A stretch of DNA of 64,000 nucleotides. It comes from Fistulifera solaris. Taxonomy: Eukaryota. The stretch lies in assembly GCA_030295235.1 (NCBI GenBank), contig AP026149.1, positions 248,001 through 312,000 of the forward strand, in the 5' to 3' direction. Of the stretch, positions 25,860 through 35,760 are shown in pieces (the first letter of the stretch is position 1; each line of letters begins with the position of its first letter). The notes below the pieces were generated by a model. It had not been told where the DNA came from and did no database searches. It saw nothing but the letters and a program-made list of their open reading frames with translations. Made by a program: the position numbers and the translations under genes.

Positions 25860-27128
25860 ATGAATCAAAACAATGTTATTGTCGTGAGCCAAGGAAACGC
25901 TTCCATTGCAGCAACAACCTATTTTCGAAGCGTTTCAACGAAGCTGGTCGAAATGTTGCTTTCTGCCACTGGCGATGATGGCATGGCTGTTATGTTGGAT
26001 TCACACGATTTTGTGACAAGGAGCAACTCAATCTTTGGCCAGCGACTACGCTGGTATGATTTTGTTGAGAAGCACGGTCGACAAACCTATTTTAAGCGAC
26101 ATATCCGGATGTCTGTTCCAAGTTTCCACAAATTGCTCGGATACATATACCATGATTTATCTGTTGATGAATCACAAGCAAACAAAAGGGGAGGAGCGAT
26201 CACTCCCGAAATTTCCTTGTATTGTACCATCCGGTATCTAGCTGGTGGTAGTTACACGGATATTTTTCTTTTTTCCGGAATTTCAAAGACAGCATTTTAC
26301 GATTGTGTCTGGAGATGCATCGATGCTTTGATGAAAGCCGACGAACTGTCAATGACATTTCCCCAAACTTTGGAGGAATGTGTACAAGCGGCGGCAGAAT
26401 TCTGTGCTATAAGCACAGGTGAAGCAATCAACAACTGTGTTGCTGTATTCGATGGATACCATTTGGAGACTTTAACTCCAAGGAAAGACGAAGTTGGTAA
26501 TGTCCGATCTTTTTTCTCCGGGCATTACAAAACATATGGAATAAATGTACAAGCTGCTTTTGACTCTAAGTCGCGGTTTCTATACCTGGCAATTGCTGGA
26601 CCTGGGGTGATGCCAGATCGGGATGCTATTGACGAGTGTAAACTTGGCGAGTATATTGAGAAATTACCAGGATTGTATTGCGCAATTGGGGATTGTGCCT
26701 ATACCCCAACAGAACATTGTGTTCCTGTTTTTGGGGGGGCCCTTGCAAAGCAACGTGACAATTTCAATTTCTTTGCCAGTCAACTACGAATTCGGGCTGA
26801 GATGGGATTTGGTTTAATGAGGGAGAAATTCTCTATTCTTCAAAGCAGATTGCGGTGCCGCTTCAAAAACATAAAGCGATTGATGGTAACGATTGCGCGA
26901 CTCCACAATTTCTGTATTAATGAACGGTTAGCTGCCAATCGACGCCCTTACCAACCAAACGAGCCTCACGGCTTTAATGTTTACGAAGACGCTTTGCGAC
27001 TTGCAGCTGCTCAAGGACAGCTGGAGGAGGCAGTTACGGGGGAATTCCCGCAATGGTCAAGAAACCGGGAAAGAATGGTTGAATTAGTCACTGCTAAACA
27101 ATTGGTGCGGCCAGGACTGCGAAGATAA
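25860..27128 (+). CDS. Harbinger/HARBI1-like DDE transposase (DDE_Tnp_4)
   Basis: FKRHIRMSVPSFHKLL, IRYLAGGSY, CVAVFDG (D), YKTYGINVQA, IGDCAY (D), FNFFASQLRIRAEMGFG (E), ARLHNFCI. Uninterrupted ORF. Confidence 0.92.
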   Translation: MNQNNVIVVSQGNASIAATTYFRSVSTKLVEMLLSATGDDGMAVMLDSHDFVTRSNSIFGQRLRWYDFVEKHGRQTYFKRHIRMSVPSFHKLLGYIYHDLSVDESQANKRGGAITPEISLYCTIRYLAGGSYTDIFLFSGISKTAFYDCVWRCIDALMKADELSMTFPQTLEECVQAAAEFCAISTGEAINNCVAVFDGYHLETLTPRKDEVGNVRSFFSGHYKTYGINVQAAFDSKSRFLYLAIAGPGVMPDRDAIDECKLGEYIEKLPGLYCAIGDCAYTPTEHCVPVFGGALAKQRDNFNFFASQLRIRAEMGFGLMREKFSILQSRLRCRFKNIKRLMVTIARLHNFCINERLAANRRPYQPNEPHGFNVYEDALRLAAAQGQLEEAVTGEFPQWSRNRERMVELVTAKQLVRPGLRR

Positions 27129-27179
27129 TAGAACCCATTATATATAAAGTACCACTAATCACTGAGTTTAATGTAAATG

Positions 27180-27948
27180 CTAGTTTCCATTGTCGACAGA
27201 TTGATTGTTGATGGACTGGGCTACCGCTTTTAGTTCTTTAACAAGTCGGACAATTTCTTCACGGTCACCCAGAGCCTTTGCAAGCTCTAACTCTGCATTG
27301 ATAGCAGCCACAGTGGCACCCGTCTTTGTGTTTTGGTCAACACTTCGACTCATGACACTCATAGAATCGCGAAACACTACAGTGCTTTCCTTGAGATAAT
27401 CGAGAACGGCATAATTGCTATCAGCAATAATGCGGGCCGCTTGCTCGTTCGGACCAGCCCGCTTGGCAGAGCTGACGAATCTGGTCAAGGTTTAAACCAC
27501 CTTCTTCCTCTCTTTTGTTGAAGAATATTGTCACTCCATCACCAAGCTCAATGTACTGCGCTAGGTTAACTTGGACTGGTCCCTCCTTTTTCTCAACAAT
27601 TGCGCTTTCGACGGCACAAAAAATCTTTTTGAGATCAGCTCTCGTGAATGCTTCAAGACAAGCGGGGAGCGGCTTTCTCTGGCGTGGCTTCCTTGCCTTC
27701 TTACCAGAAGGAGCAGCGGCAACCGATATGCCCCCTTTGCTAGTACTGCTGGAAGAGAAAGAGGCAGAAGAGGCAAGCGGCATGTTGTTGGAGACGTTCA
27801 AAGCAGACGGCGCGGTGTTAGAAACATTCGAATCATCAACAACATCACCAGCTTCAGCTCCCTCTTTTTCTTCGTCATCGGAATCAGCAAGCTGGACAAG
27901 ACCAACGTCAATGTCCATGATGTCAATAGGAACTGTTTCTGGCTCCAT
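27180..27948 (-). CDS. Harbinger accessory ORF2 (disrupted or internally deleted)
   Basis: Lies inside the TIRs, convergent with the transposase. Acidic/Ser-rich N-terminus, basic KKARKPRQRK stretch, LNLDQIRQLC, then a frame change at about 27465 into a coiled-coil-like C-terminus. Confidence 0.6.
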
Positions 27949-28245
27949 TATGTCTTATCTTGTCCGCAATTGCGAAGGATAAGTAAGACAAAATAAATGA
28001 AGTTATGGAGGAATGATTGTTGTGCGGATCGGAATGTCAAATTGGCGCCAAAAAATCAGTGTTGTTTGAATGCCGGATGGTACGATGGAAGCGATTCGGT
28101 TAGGACTGGAACATCGTCACCCAGCTTCCTTCGTACGTTGACGTACGATGGATTGGGGGTACGATATTTTGGTTAGGAACGGGCCTCATTCCCCAGAGAA
28201 CAGGTCACGTTTTGTAGGGCTTAGAGTCTATCCAAACAGTAAAGT

Positions 28246-29401
28246 TTAAGTACTGCTATACGGCCTCTTTAGGTTCCAATCACGCAAAAAGTCCCGCCGC
28301 AGCTTGATGAACGACCACTCGACAGAACGACCGAATCCTCTCTGACTATTCACTTCTTTCGAAAACAAAGCAAAGCCATTGTCTTTGAGAGCATCAAAGA
28401 AGTCGGTTACCTTCATGGCCGGTAAGATCCCAAAAGGAGTGTCCTTTTCTCTGTTTGGAGATGGGAGATCATGGGTTTCGATCATGATTTGTCGAATATT
28501 CTCGCTCACCCAATCTTTATAGTTGTGCCTAGCAAGCATAGAAATTAGTTGCGACCACAAAACCAAACCAAGCCCGTGCAAAACCTACCATTCACAGCCT
28601 TCACAATCGATTTTAAACAAATCAATGGTGCGATCTTCGTGCCCTAAACGGCGGCGTATCTCTTGAAACGATAGAAAGGTTTGTCCTCGTGCGATGGCTC
28701 GTTTCCTATACTTTGTTGAATAACTGCTCCCCAGACCCCATTGATGATAATGTATATTCAAGTTTTCCGTTTCATTTCGTTGAAAATCTCCAAAATCAAA
28801 CACGTGTATTTCACAAAGAGGACCGCCCCACAACTCCACCAGTCCAAGCTCCCAAAGGTAGTTTCCTCGTGACCCAATTGAATACACCAAACTTCACACA
28901 TAAAGCAAGTGATTACGTTAGATATAGTGCACATTCGTTCATCATCACTTGTCATTATTTCGCCACGTACCACGATGCATCGGGTCGTTCTCGGGCGATC
29001 CGTACCAGCCGCTCGGCATCACAGGTCCATTTGGGACCACCACCCAATCCTCCGATTTTCCGTTTGTGCGGACACACAAAGTACGGATCCCAATTGAAGA
29101 AATTCCACTGGGCGGGAAATTTAATGCCTTGGAGGGGATCGTCCAAGACACGGTAATGTCGGGCTGGGCGGGCACGATTTTGATACAATCGCTGCCAATT
29201 TTCATTCGTAATGTCATCAAAGAAACCAAACGACTGATCGTAAGCGAGTGAATATTCGGGTATCACAATGGTGGTCGAATCGGTGCTTTCCTCCATTGCG
29301 CGGTGCATCCGGCAGAAAAGAGCTGTCCATACATTGGATACAAGGGTCCAGAAAATCACCGTTTTCCATGAAAAACTACCAAGGAGCAATTGATGTTTCA
29401 T
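28246..29401 (-). CDS. Methyltransferase-domain protein (Methyltransf_22/METTL24-like), 3 exons
   Basis: N-terminal TM; GGPKWTCD, VYSIGSRG, CEIHVFD, TIDLFKIDCEGCEW, RQIMIETH motifs. Confidence 0.8.
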
Positions 29402-29900
29402 CTAGAACAATAATTTTGCATTGAACAAGGTTGATAACATAACCTTTCACGCAATCACTCGACTTTTTGACGAAAGACTCGTTTAGATAGTAAACACATC
29501 CATATTAAAAAGAAGTACCAGGTAATGTTGCGTGTCAAACTAACAGAAAACCAAAATTGTGACTTTTGAGTCCCGTGTTGTCCAATCACGTACTCAAACA
29601 GGACGCTCACAACAATACCACTGCTGTTGGCAAAGTCTTCACGCCCAACGCAAAGAAACAAAATCATGGCCACTTTGCCATTCCGAGAGTTTATAGCCGC
29701 TTTGCCATGGCAAGAAAGTAAGTAAGTAAGCGATAGAGTATCATGAGGTACGAAAGTAAACAGATAAGTATTCTTGGGTTAGTCGATCTCTAAGAACTAC
29801 TGCTGAAGACCTATATCATCTCCAACTATTCTCGTCTCGCCGAACCAAACACAGTTACTGCACATACCTAAACAATTATTTTGATAGCTCTTAATGCTGT

Positions 29901-30540
29901 TTATTGATTTACAGTCACTATTCTTTCCTCACTATGGTCCTGTTGCTCGGGTGCCCCTCGAAAAGCCCGAGCTTGATGAATCACAATCGGTTCCCGCGGC
30001 CGATCTTGTTCATCCGTCGCTACCAATCCCATTCGCTGCACGACACCCATACCAGTATAAATTCTCCCAAAGATCGTATGTTTGCCATCTAAAAACGGTG
30101 TTGGTTTTAAGGTCACAAAGAATTGTGATCCATTCGTGTTGGGACCCGCGTTCGCCATGGCCACAACTCCCGCACCCGTGTGTTTGAGGGTGGGAGTAAT
30201 TTCGTCGGCAAATTTTCCTCCATAGATCGATTCGCCACCCCGACCCGTCCCCGTTGGATCTCCTCCTTGGACCATGAAATCGCGAATGACGCGATGAAAG
30301 GTTGTGTTGTTATAATATCCCGCATCTGCTAACGCGGCTATATTGTGACAAGTGCGTGGGGTGTGTTTGTAGTACAATTCGATCACGAAGGTTCCCTGGA
30401 TCAAGGATGAGTGCTTCCGCCGAGAAAGAAAAAAACGTCAAATAACAGCAACGACATGTGGGTCGACTTACAATACTGGTTTCAAATTGCACATGCGTCC
30501 ATGGCGCTGCTCTGGATAATTGAGCAGACGACTCTGTCAT
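29901..30540 (-). CDS. Cyclophilin-type peptidyl-prolyl isomerase (PPIL1-like)
   Basis: FHRVIRDFMVQGGDPTGTGRGGESIYG, MANAGPNTNGSQFF, LDGKHTIFGR. One intron at about 30397-30471. Confidence 0.92.
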
Positions 30541-30928
30541 TTGTTTCCTTGCAAATAAAGAAGAGGTCCTTTGTTCTATCTGCTCATTTGACAGCAGCAA
30601 GATTTACAACAACAATTAACGCGCTTTTTCCGGTGCTATTTATTTTTTATTTGCAATCAATGAGCTATCTATCTTAGGCTTAAGGTTATCCACAAGTTTA
30701 CCACCATAATCAGAAAGTGTAAGAGTAGTGGCGAAGTGGCGATTATTCCGACTCACTTGAATTCCAGTCCCGGCCATCGGCTTAAAATAAAGCAAAAATG
30801 CACCCAAAATAAGACAACAATGATATGCGATATGCTAAGTGCTACTGGTAAGCTTATTATTCGATAGATACGACTCCTTTCGAAAAATGAAATAATCAAG
30901 AAGCAGTCAACATAGCACCAAATCTAAT

Positions 30929-31942
30929 ATGCCATCTTGTCCTTGTTGTAGCTTTCGTACGAACGATTTGTTTTTACCTCCCTCAGACCGAGCGAACGGT
31001 GCCTTGCTCGATGGTTTAATATCGCCGCTCCAAAGTCTCGAGCAGTTGTCGCGTACACCGCTCGTCGATACCCACGGACATGCGCATTTGCAACGCGAAA
31101 ATGAAACAAAGGATTATCACAGCGGGCATCATCACTCCCCAATTCTATCCTTGACCTGCTCGGTCGCTCCCTCGGACTGGAACAAGTGTCTCGAATACGC
31201 GGCACAATCGCCACATCGACGTGCGGCGATTGGTGTGCATCCGTGGTATTTAGATGAACTAATGACAAACAAGGACAACAACAATATTCCACAAGTGGAT
31301 CCGATTTGGTACGCGGAAATGGAAACGCTCTTGCAAACACATCCGGGTTGTTTAGTGGGAGAAATTGGATTGTGTCAAAAGGCACGCTTTGTGCGCACCT
31401 TTCCCGGAGGAAAACCAGCAGCTCTGCAATTGCAACGACAGGTCTTTCAACAACAACTGCAACTAGCGGCGCAGTATCAACGCCCGCATCGATCCATTGC
31501 GTCCAACAACACGGTATCGTGTTCGATGTCTTTCGACAACTATTTTCTCCTCCTTCTGCAGCACCACCCGCACTGGCATTGCATTCTTTTACGGGAACGG
31601 CGCATCACATTCGACAATTATTGCAATGGGAAAATTCTTTACCAAGAGATGAACCTTTGTTGTATTTTTGGATTCTCGCATGTCGTCAATGTCGCCATGT
31701 GTACCTCGGAAAAATCCCAACGACAAACGCGCCTGGCAATATTGGAGGTGCCGTACGATCGCCTTTTGGTCGAATCGGATGTGGCGTGTGAGACTGCTGT
31801 ACCGGCGGGTACGGCCGGGGCGGTGGCGTACTTGGCATTGGTATTGCAACGACCACTGCACGAGGTGGCAGAGCAAACACACCATAATGGATTGCGGTTC
31901 CTTTCGACGCTTTCTGGAGAGCACAGTGAAGTGACAGAATAA
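30929..31942 (+). CDS. TatD-family metallo-hydrolase/DNase
   Basis: DTHGH, IGVHPWY, VGEIGL, LLVESD. The SIHCV and LHSFTG motifs sit in a shifted frame (31490-31670), indicating compensating frameshifts. Confidence 0.85.
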   Translation: MPSCPCCSFRTNDLFLPPSDRANGALLDGLISPLQSLEQLSRTPLVDTHGHAHLQRENETKDYHSGHHHSPILSLTCSVAPSDWNKCLEYAAQSPHRRAAIGVHPWYLDELMTNKDNNNIPQVDPIWYAEMETLLQTHPGCLVGEIGLCQKARFVRTFPGGKPAALQLQRQVFQQQLQLAAQYQRPHRSIASNNTVSCSMSFDNYFLLLLQHHPHWHCILLRERRITFDNYCNGKILYQEMNLCCIFGFSHVVNVAMCTSEKSQRQTRLAILEVPYDRLLVESDVACETAVPAGTAGAVAYLALVLQRPLHEVAEQTHHNGLRFLSTLSGEHSEVTE

Positions 31943-32705
31943 CGACGGATGGAACAACTGTTCTATTTCATTAGCTAACGCAAATACCGTGGAGACGAAG
32001 ACATTGCAAGTGGAAGCAAACATATCTTCACCAGATTTTACTGCTGTTCGTTACGATTCTATCAAGTGTGTTTATTCGATGACGAATCATCTTCCAGGGA
32101 GTCAACAGCTTTGATCACTACTACATCCACGGCTTTTATCACAGCCATCCAGCAGCCTGATGCGACAGCGAGTGATCCGGTCCATTGAAGAGCTACGACT
32201 AGGGCGGTGAGCATGTTCGTCTTGTTTCAGGAGTATGTAAGATAACAGCGATTGCAATATCGTCAAGTCAAACAGTTCTTTTTCCAACGGATGATTCAGA
32301 TGAAATGAATGGAGTGTGAAGAGTTTGTCGAGCAAATAATGAGAAAGCCATACCAGGTAAGGTCCCAGATCATGTTGCATTCACACATCAAAGCATCGTA
32401 GTCGTGGTCCTATCAATTAAGACCGCTTCGCTCTGAAGCGGTACTTATTACACTACGTATTAGTGTCGCACCAACATCAATTCTATAGTAAAGAAGTTGC
32501 CACCATCTGGGTTTCGAAATTCGACCACGGAACTTAGGGGACCATAGCAATCCCACCAGTTCTATGAAGCGCTGTATGAAAACTAGACTTCATTGCAGCA
32601 TTGCAGCAGCTTTAAACGCAATCACAAAGGTATCAAAGCAGTTTTTGAGAAGAATGTATGTAAAATTTAACATACCTAGCGTAGCAAAAGATCCTCACAA
32701 ACCCA

Positions 32706-33908
32706 TTAGGCAGGCTGTCTCTTCATTTGAGATCTTAGTGTGAATAGTAGCTGTACAAAGGAGGAAAAGGTCAAACGACCATCTGTATTTGAGAGTTCCT
32801 CAAAAACAGACGCTACGGTAGACGTATCTGGTGTGCATTTATCTTGAGAAAAGGCGTAAGCGATGGCCCTTTGGACATCCGACAAGGACAACGACTTGGC
32901 ATGTTGGCTATCAAAGGCGTAGTAAAATCGTTGCAAGAATATTCGAGTTTCCTCGGAAAGACGATCCGCGAAGATTGCCGCTTCATCGTTTCGTTCGGCC
33001 GTCATTTCTTCGGTCCAGTCCATCTGATTATTCACATGATGCCAAGTGGAAGCTAGGACATGCCAATCGTAAAGGCAATGACTCACGATACAGGGAATCA
33101 AACTTCCTGTAGCGGCGCAAACGATACCATGCAACAGGCCATTCCCCGTCTGCAATCCGACGACGAATCGATTTTCCTCCGGGCGACTATGCGGATGAGC
33201 ATGTCCTAGACCAAAGAGAACTCCTTGCCCGATAAGTGCAGTGGGAAGGGAGTGACTGTAATGATGGATAAGAGTCGGAACGTAACCTCGAAAGAGCACT
33301 TCCTCGGCAATCGAAGTCACCAGAACCAGACCAAGACTCATGGCAATAACGGATGCCGTGCTCGTTGTCACTTCTTTCGGTTGGCTGGGAGTGTGTCGTC
33401 TTCCGAAGAGAGTGATTGCCATGTTGGTTGTAGAAAAATTGACATAATGAGCATCACGTCGCGAAGAGTTTTCAACGGCATGACTTATGGCGATCATCGG
33501 TAGAGCTGCCAAGATGCCAGCCAGTAGTTGGTTCAGGAAAGGATCCGTGCGCGTGTCTGACCAAGTGACTGCTTGTGCCAGATTCCCTTGCGTGCCAAGC
33601 AAAGCAATAGCGGTTGTAGCACAAAGTAACAGCAGTTGCGATTTGCATAGCCCCTCTATCATGAAGAGATTTACTCCACTCTTTTTCCTGTTCGGCGTAT
33701 CTTTCGGTGGCTTGGTGAGCTTTGGCAATTGGACCGGTTCATGGGTTACATGTTCTTCGTGATAATCGCGAGTGCGAAACTTGAGTGCGTCGTACACCCA
33801 TGGTGTCACCGATGATAAATGGCGACTACTCGTACGGGTTGTTGGAGAGAATGGTACCCACGCGGAAGCAAACGACACGAATGAGAATACTAGCGACAGG
33901 GACTTCAT
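32706..33908 (-). CDS. Plastid-targeted CPBP/CAAX (Abi) intramembrane protease with C-terminal EF-hand-like region
   Basis: MKSLSLVFSFVSFASA-WVP presequence; EEVLFRG, FGLGH, SHCLYD motifs; C-terminal FDSQHAKSLSLSDV and DGRLTFSSF. Confidence 0.8.
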   Translation of the reverse strand: MKSLSLVFSFVSFASAWVPFSPTTRTSSRHLSSVTPWVYDALKFRTRDYHEEHVTHEPVQLPKLTKPPKDTPNRKKSGVNLFMIEGLCKSQLLLLCATTAIALLGTQGNLAQAVTWSDTRTDPFLNQLLAGILAALPMIAISHAVENSSRRDAHYVNFSTTNMAITLFGRRHTPSQPKEVTTSTASVIAMSLGLVLVTSIAEEVLFRGYVPTLIHHYSHSLPTALIGQGVLFGLGHAHPHSRPEENRFVVGLQTGNGLLHGIVCAATGSLIPCIVSHCLYDWHVLASTWHHVNNQMDWTEEMTAERNDEAAIFADRLSEETRIFLQRFYYAFDSQHAKSLSLSDVQRAIAYAFSQDKCTPDTSTVASVFEELSNTDGRLTFSSFVQLLFTLRSQMKRQPA

Positions 33909-34595
33909 GACGGTCGCCAACGCAAAAGACGAGTAAGGTTAACAAGGGAATCAAAGTCGATTGTTGTGACAACGATTCGCAATATGTATTGTCACGAACT
34001 GTTAATGTGTTTGGATAAAAGCTTGATAAATTGTCGAGAACTTGTCAGTTTCTCGTCAAGCAATTTGTTCGCCCATGATGTTCTTTGAAAGAGACATCAA
34101 ATAATCAAGCCGTGGTGTCATGTCAAACCCGCTGAAAGAAAAAGCCGATGATGATGTCAAGTTTCCGTTAAACGTCATCATTTTCTGTACAAAGTACACG
34201 TAAAAGCTCTTGCGTTATTGCAACCGACTCCGAAACCCGTAATTCGCCGTCACAGCCAACACATTAATACGATACTAAGTTTGCCCAGTGTGACATCAAA
34301 GATGACATAATATTCGGGACTCATTATACTTTATTCATAATTCGACATGGTCCGTGTTTGATGGACTGCCCAAAGATAACATTTGAAGCCACAGCGCTAC
34401 CATTACGGAAGCCCGATCTCTTACTTTAATCCAAGCGAAAGCATATCATGGGAACGTCAGAATATTGGTGCTGAGATAAAGTTTAATTTTAATCCTTCGG
34501 GTCCCGCCCATCAGAGTTCAAATGTGTTTTCCAAACTCAACTATAACACTATAATTAACTGTGCCTTTGAAAGGTATGCGTCACTACACGGGATG

Positions 34596-35429
34596 CTATG
34601 ATTGTGTTGCATCTAACGAATGGAGTTCTTCGGGGAACATCTGTAATCTCCCATCCGCGTGCAGAAGACATCGGATTGGCTCGGCATTCTTCGGATGTAG
34701 ATTCTTCTGTATATCGCGCGACTGCTTTGCATCAAACGGATCCGACAATGCCGTTCGAATGACATGATAATGACAGATAACAGCGATGCGATCAATGTCG
34801 TGTGGGAGCTTCTCTGCCAATCGAACAAAAACATCGCGTATTCGATCACGCCGGACTACTTTGGGTGGAGTTTCGTGGCGGTTCGGCCACTGATCCGGTT
34901 TCTGTGATTCAAAATCTATCTGCGAAACATCCAAACCCCATTCCTGAAGATCCGCTTGTACTTCATGTATCTTCCGAGGCAAGTTCTCGGGAATCATACT
35001 GCCTACTTCGCGCAAGTCATAGTTACACACAATTTTGCTGTGCTTGGGAAAGGCTATCAGTGCCGTTTGCAGAGCTCTCGTGAGAGGGCTACATACAATC
35101 AGATCGATTTCGCTCAACAGAATATTCGCGGCTTGTTCCTTTCCGAGATCGGTTAGGCCACAATCGGTTAAACTTTCATCGAAACGGCGATCGTGTTCGG
35201 GAGCCACTTGTCCTTTCGACTGCCCATGTCGAATCAGATACACCGTACGGCAGCGTAATTCTGTATCGGTGCTATGCAATAACTTACGCGGCGTGATCGC
35301 AGCCGCTCTGGAAATAGATGCACCTTTCGTGCTGGTCGTATGACTCTTCCGTGGGGTAACTGTTGTCGAAGGAGTTCGAGCGCGGATATCTCTACGGACT
35401 GCCGTGGCGGGTGTGGATGTTCTCTTCAT
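34596..35429 (-). CDS. Histidine phosphatase / phosphoglycerate mutase family protein
   Basis: VYLIRHGQS, LTDLGKEQA, CSPLTRALQTA, IAVICH motifs. Confidence 0.88.
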   Translation of the reverse strand: MKRTSTPATAVRRDIRARTPSTTVTPRKSHTTSTKGASISRAAAITPRKLLHSTDTELRCRTVYLIRHGQSKGQVAPEHDRRFDESLTDCGLTDLGKEQAANILLSEIDLIVCSPLTRALQTALIAFPKHSKIVCNYDLREVGSMIPENLPRKIHEVQADLQEWGLDVSQIDFESQKPDQWPNRHETPPKVVRRDRIRDVFVRLAEKLPHDIDRIAVICHYHVIRTALSDPFDAKQSRDIQKNLHPKNAEPIRCLLHADGRLQMFPEELHSLDATQS

Positions 35430-35760
35430 TTTGATGATTCACCTGCAATTGCTACCTAGTCAAATTTGATGGAAATTTGAACGATAAAACATCACTCCAT
35501 CATGGCGGATGCCGAGGCAAACGTCGAACGCGGAAAAAATGCGAGAAGTGTAAACACCAAGAGAGCTTCGTGGGGTTCTATACGGTACTTCATTCATAGC
35601 TCAGATCGTCATATCATATTTATTAAAACCGGTGCGATACAGCAGCACTCCAAGATTGCGGCGGGACTGCGACTCTATTGTCGCTTCGACGTTCATCAGA
35701 AAAACAAATGCCAGCAATATCATCTGTTTCATATTATCTGGTAACGTCTTCTCTAATAAA

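Larger units (their letters stand above)
25576..28185. mobile_element. PIF/Harbinger-superfamily DNA transposon, 2610 bp
   Basis: Perfect 29-bp TIRs GGCCCGTTCCTAACCAAAATATCGTACCC (25576-25604 and 28157-28185); 3-bp TSD TCA (25573-25575 and 28186-28188); internal DDE transposase plus a second ORF. Confidence 0.93.

Noticed and set aside
32102..32380. 92-aa minus-strand ORF in the TatD-CPBP intergenic region
   Set aside because: No motifs or splice support; consistent with a chance ORF.
32422..32466. Two adjacent small hairpins (ACCGCTTC/GAAGCGGT and ACACTA/TAGTGT)
   Set aside because: Stems of 8 and 6 bp can arise by chance; no TSD, Helitron CTRR end or ncRNA context could be supported.
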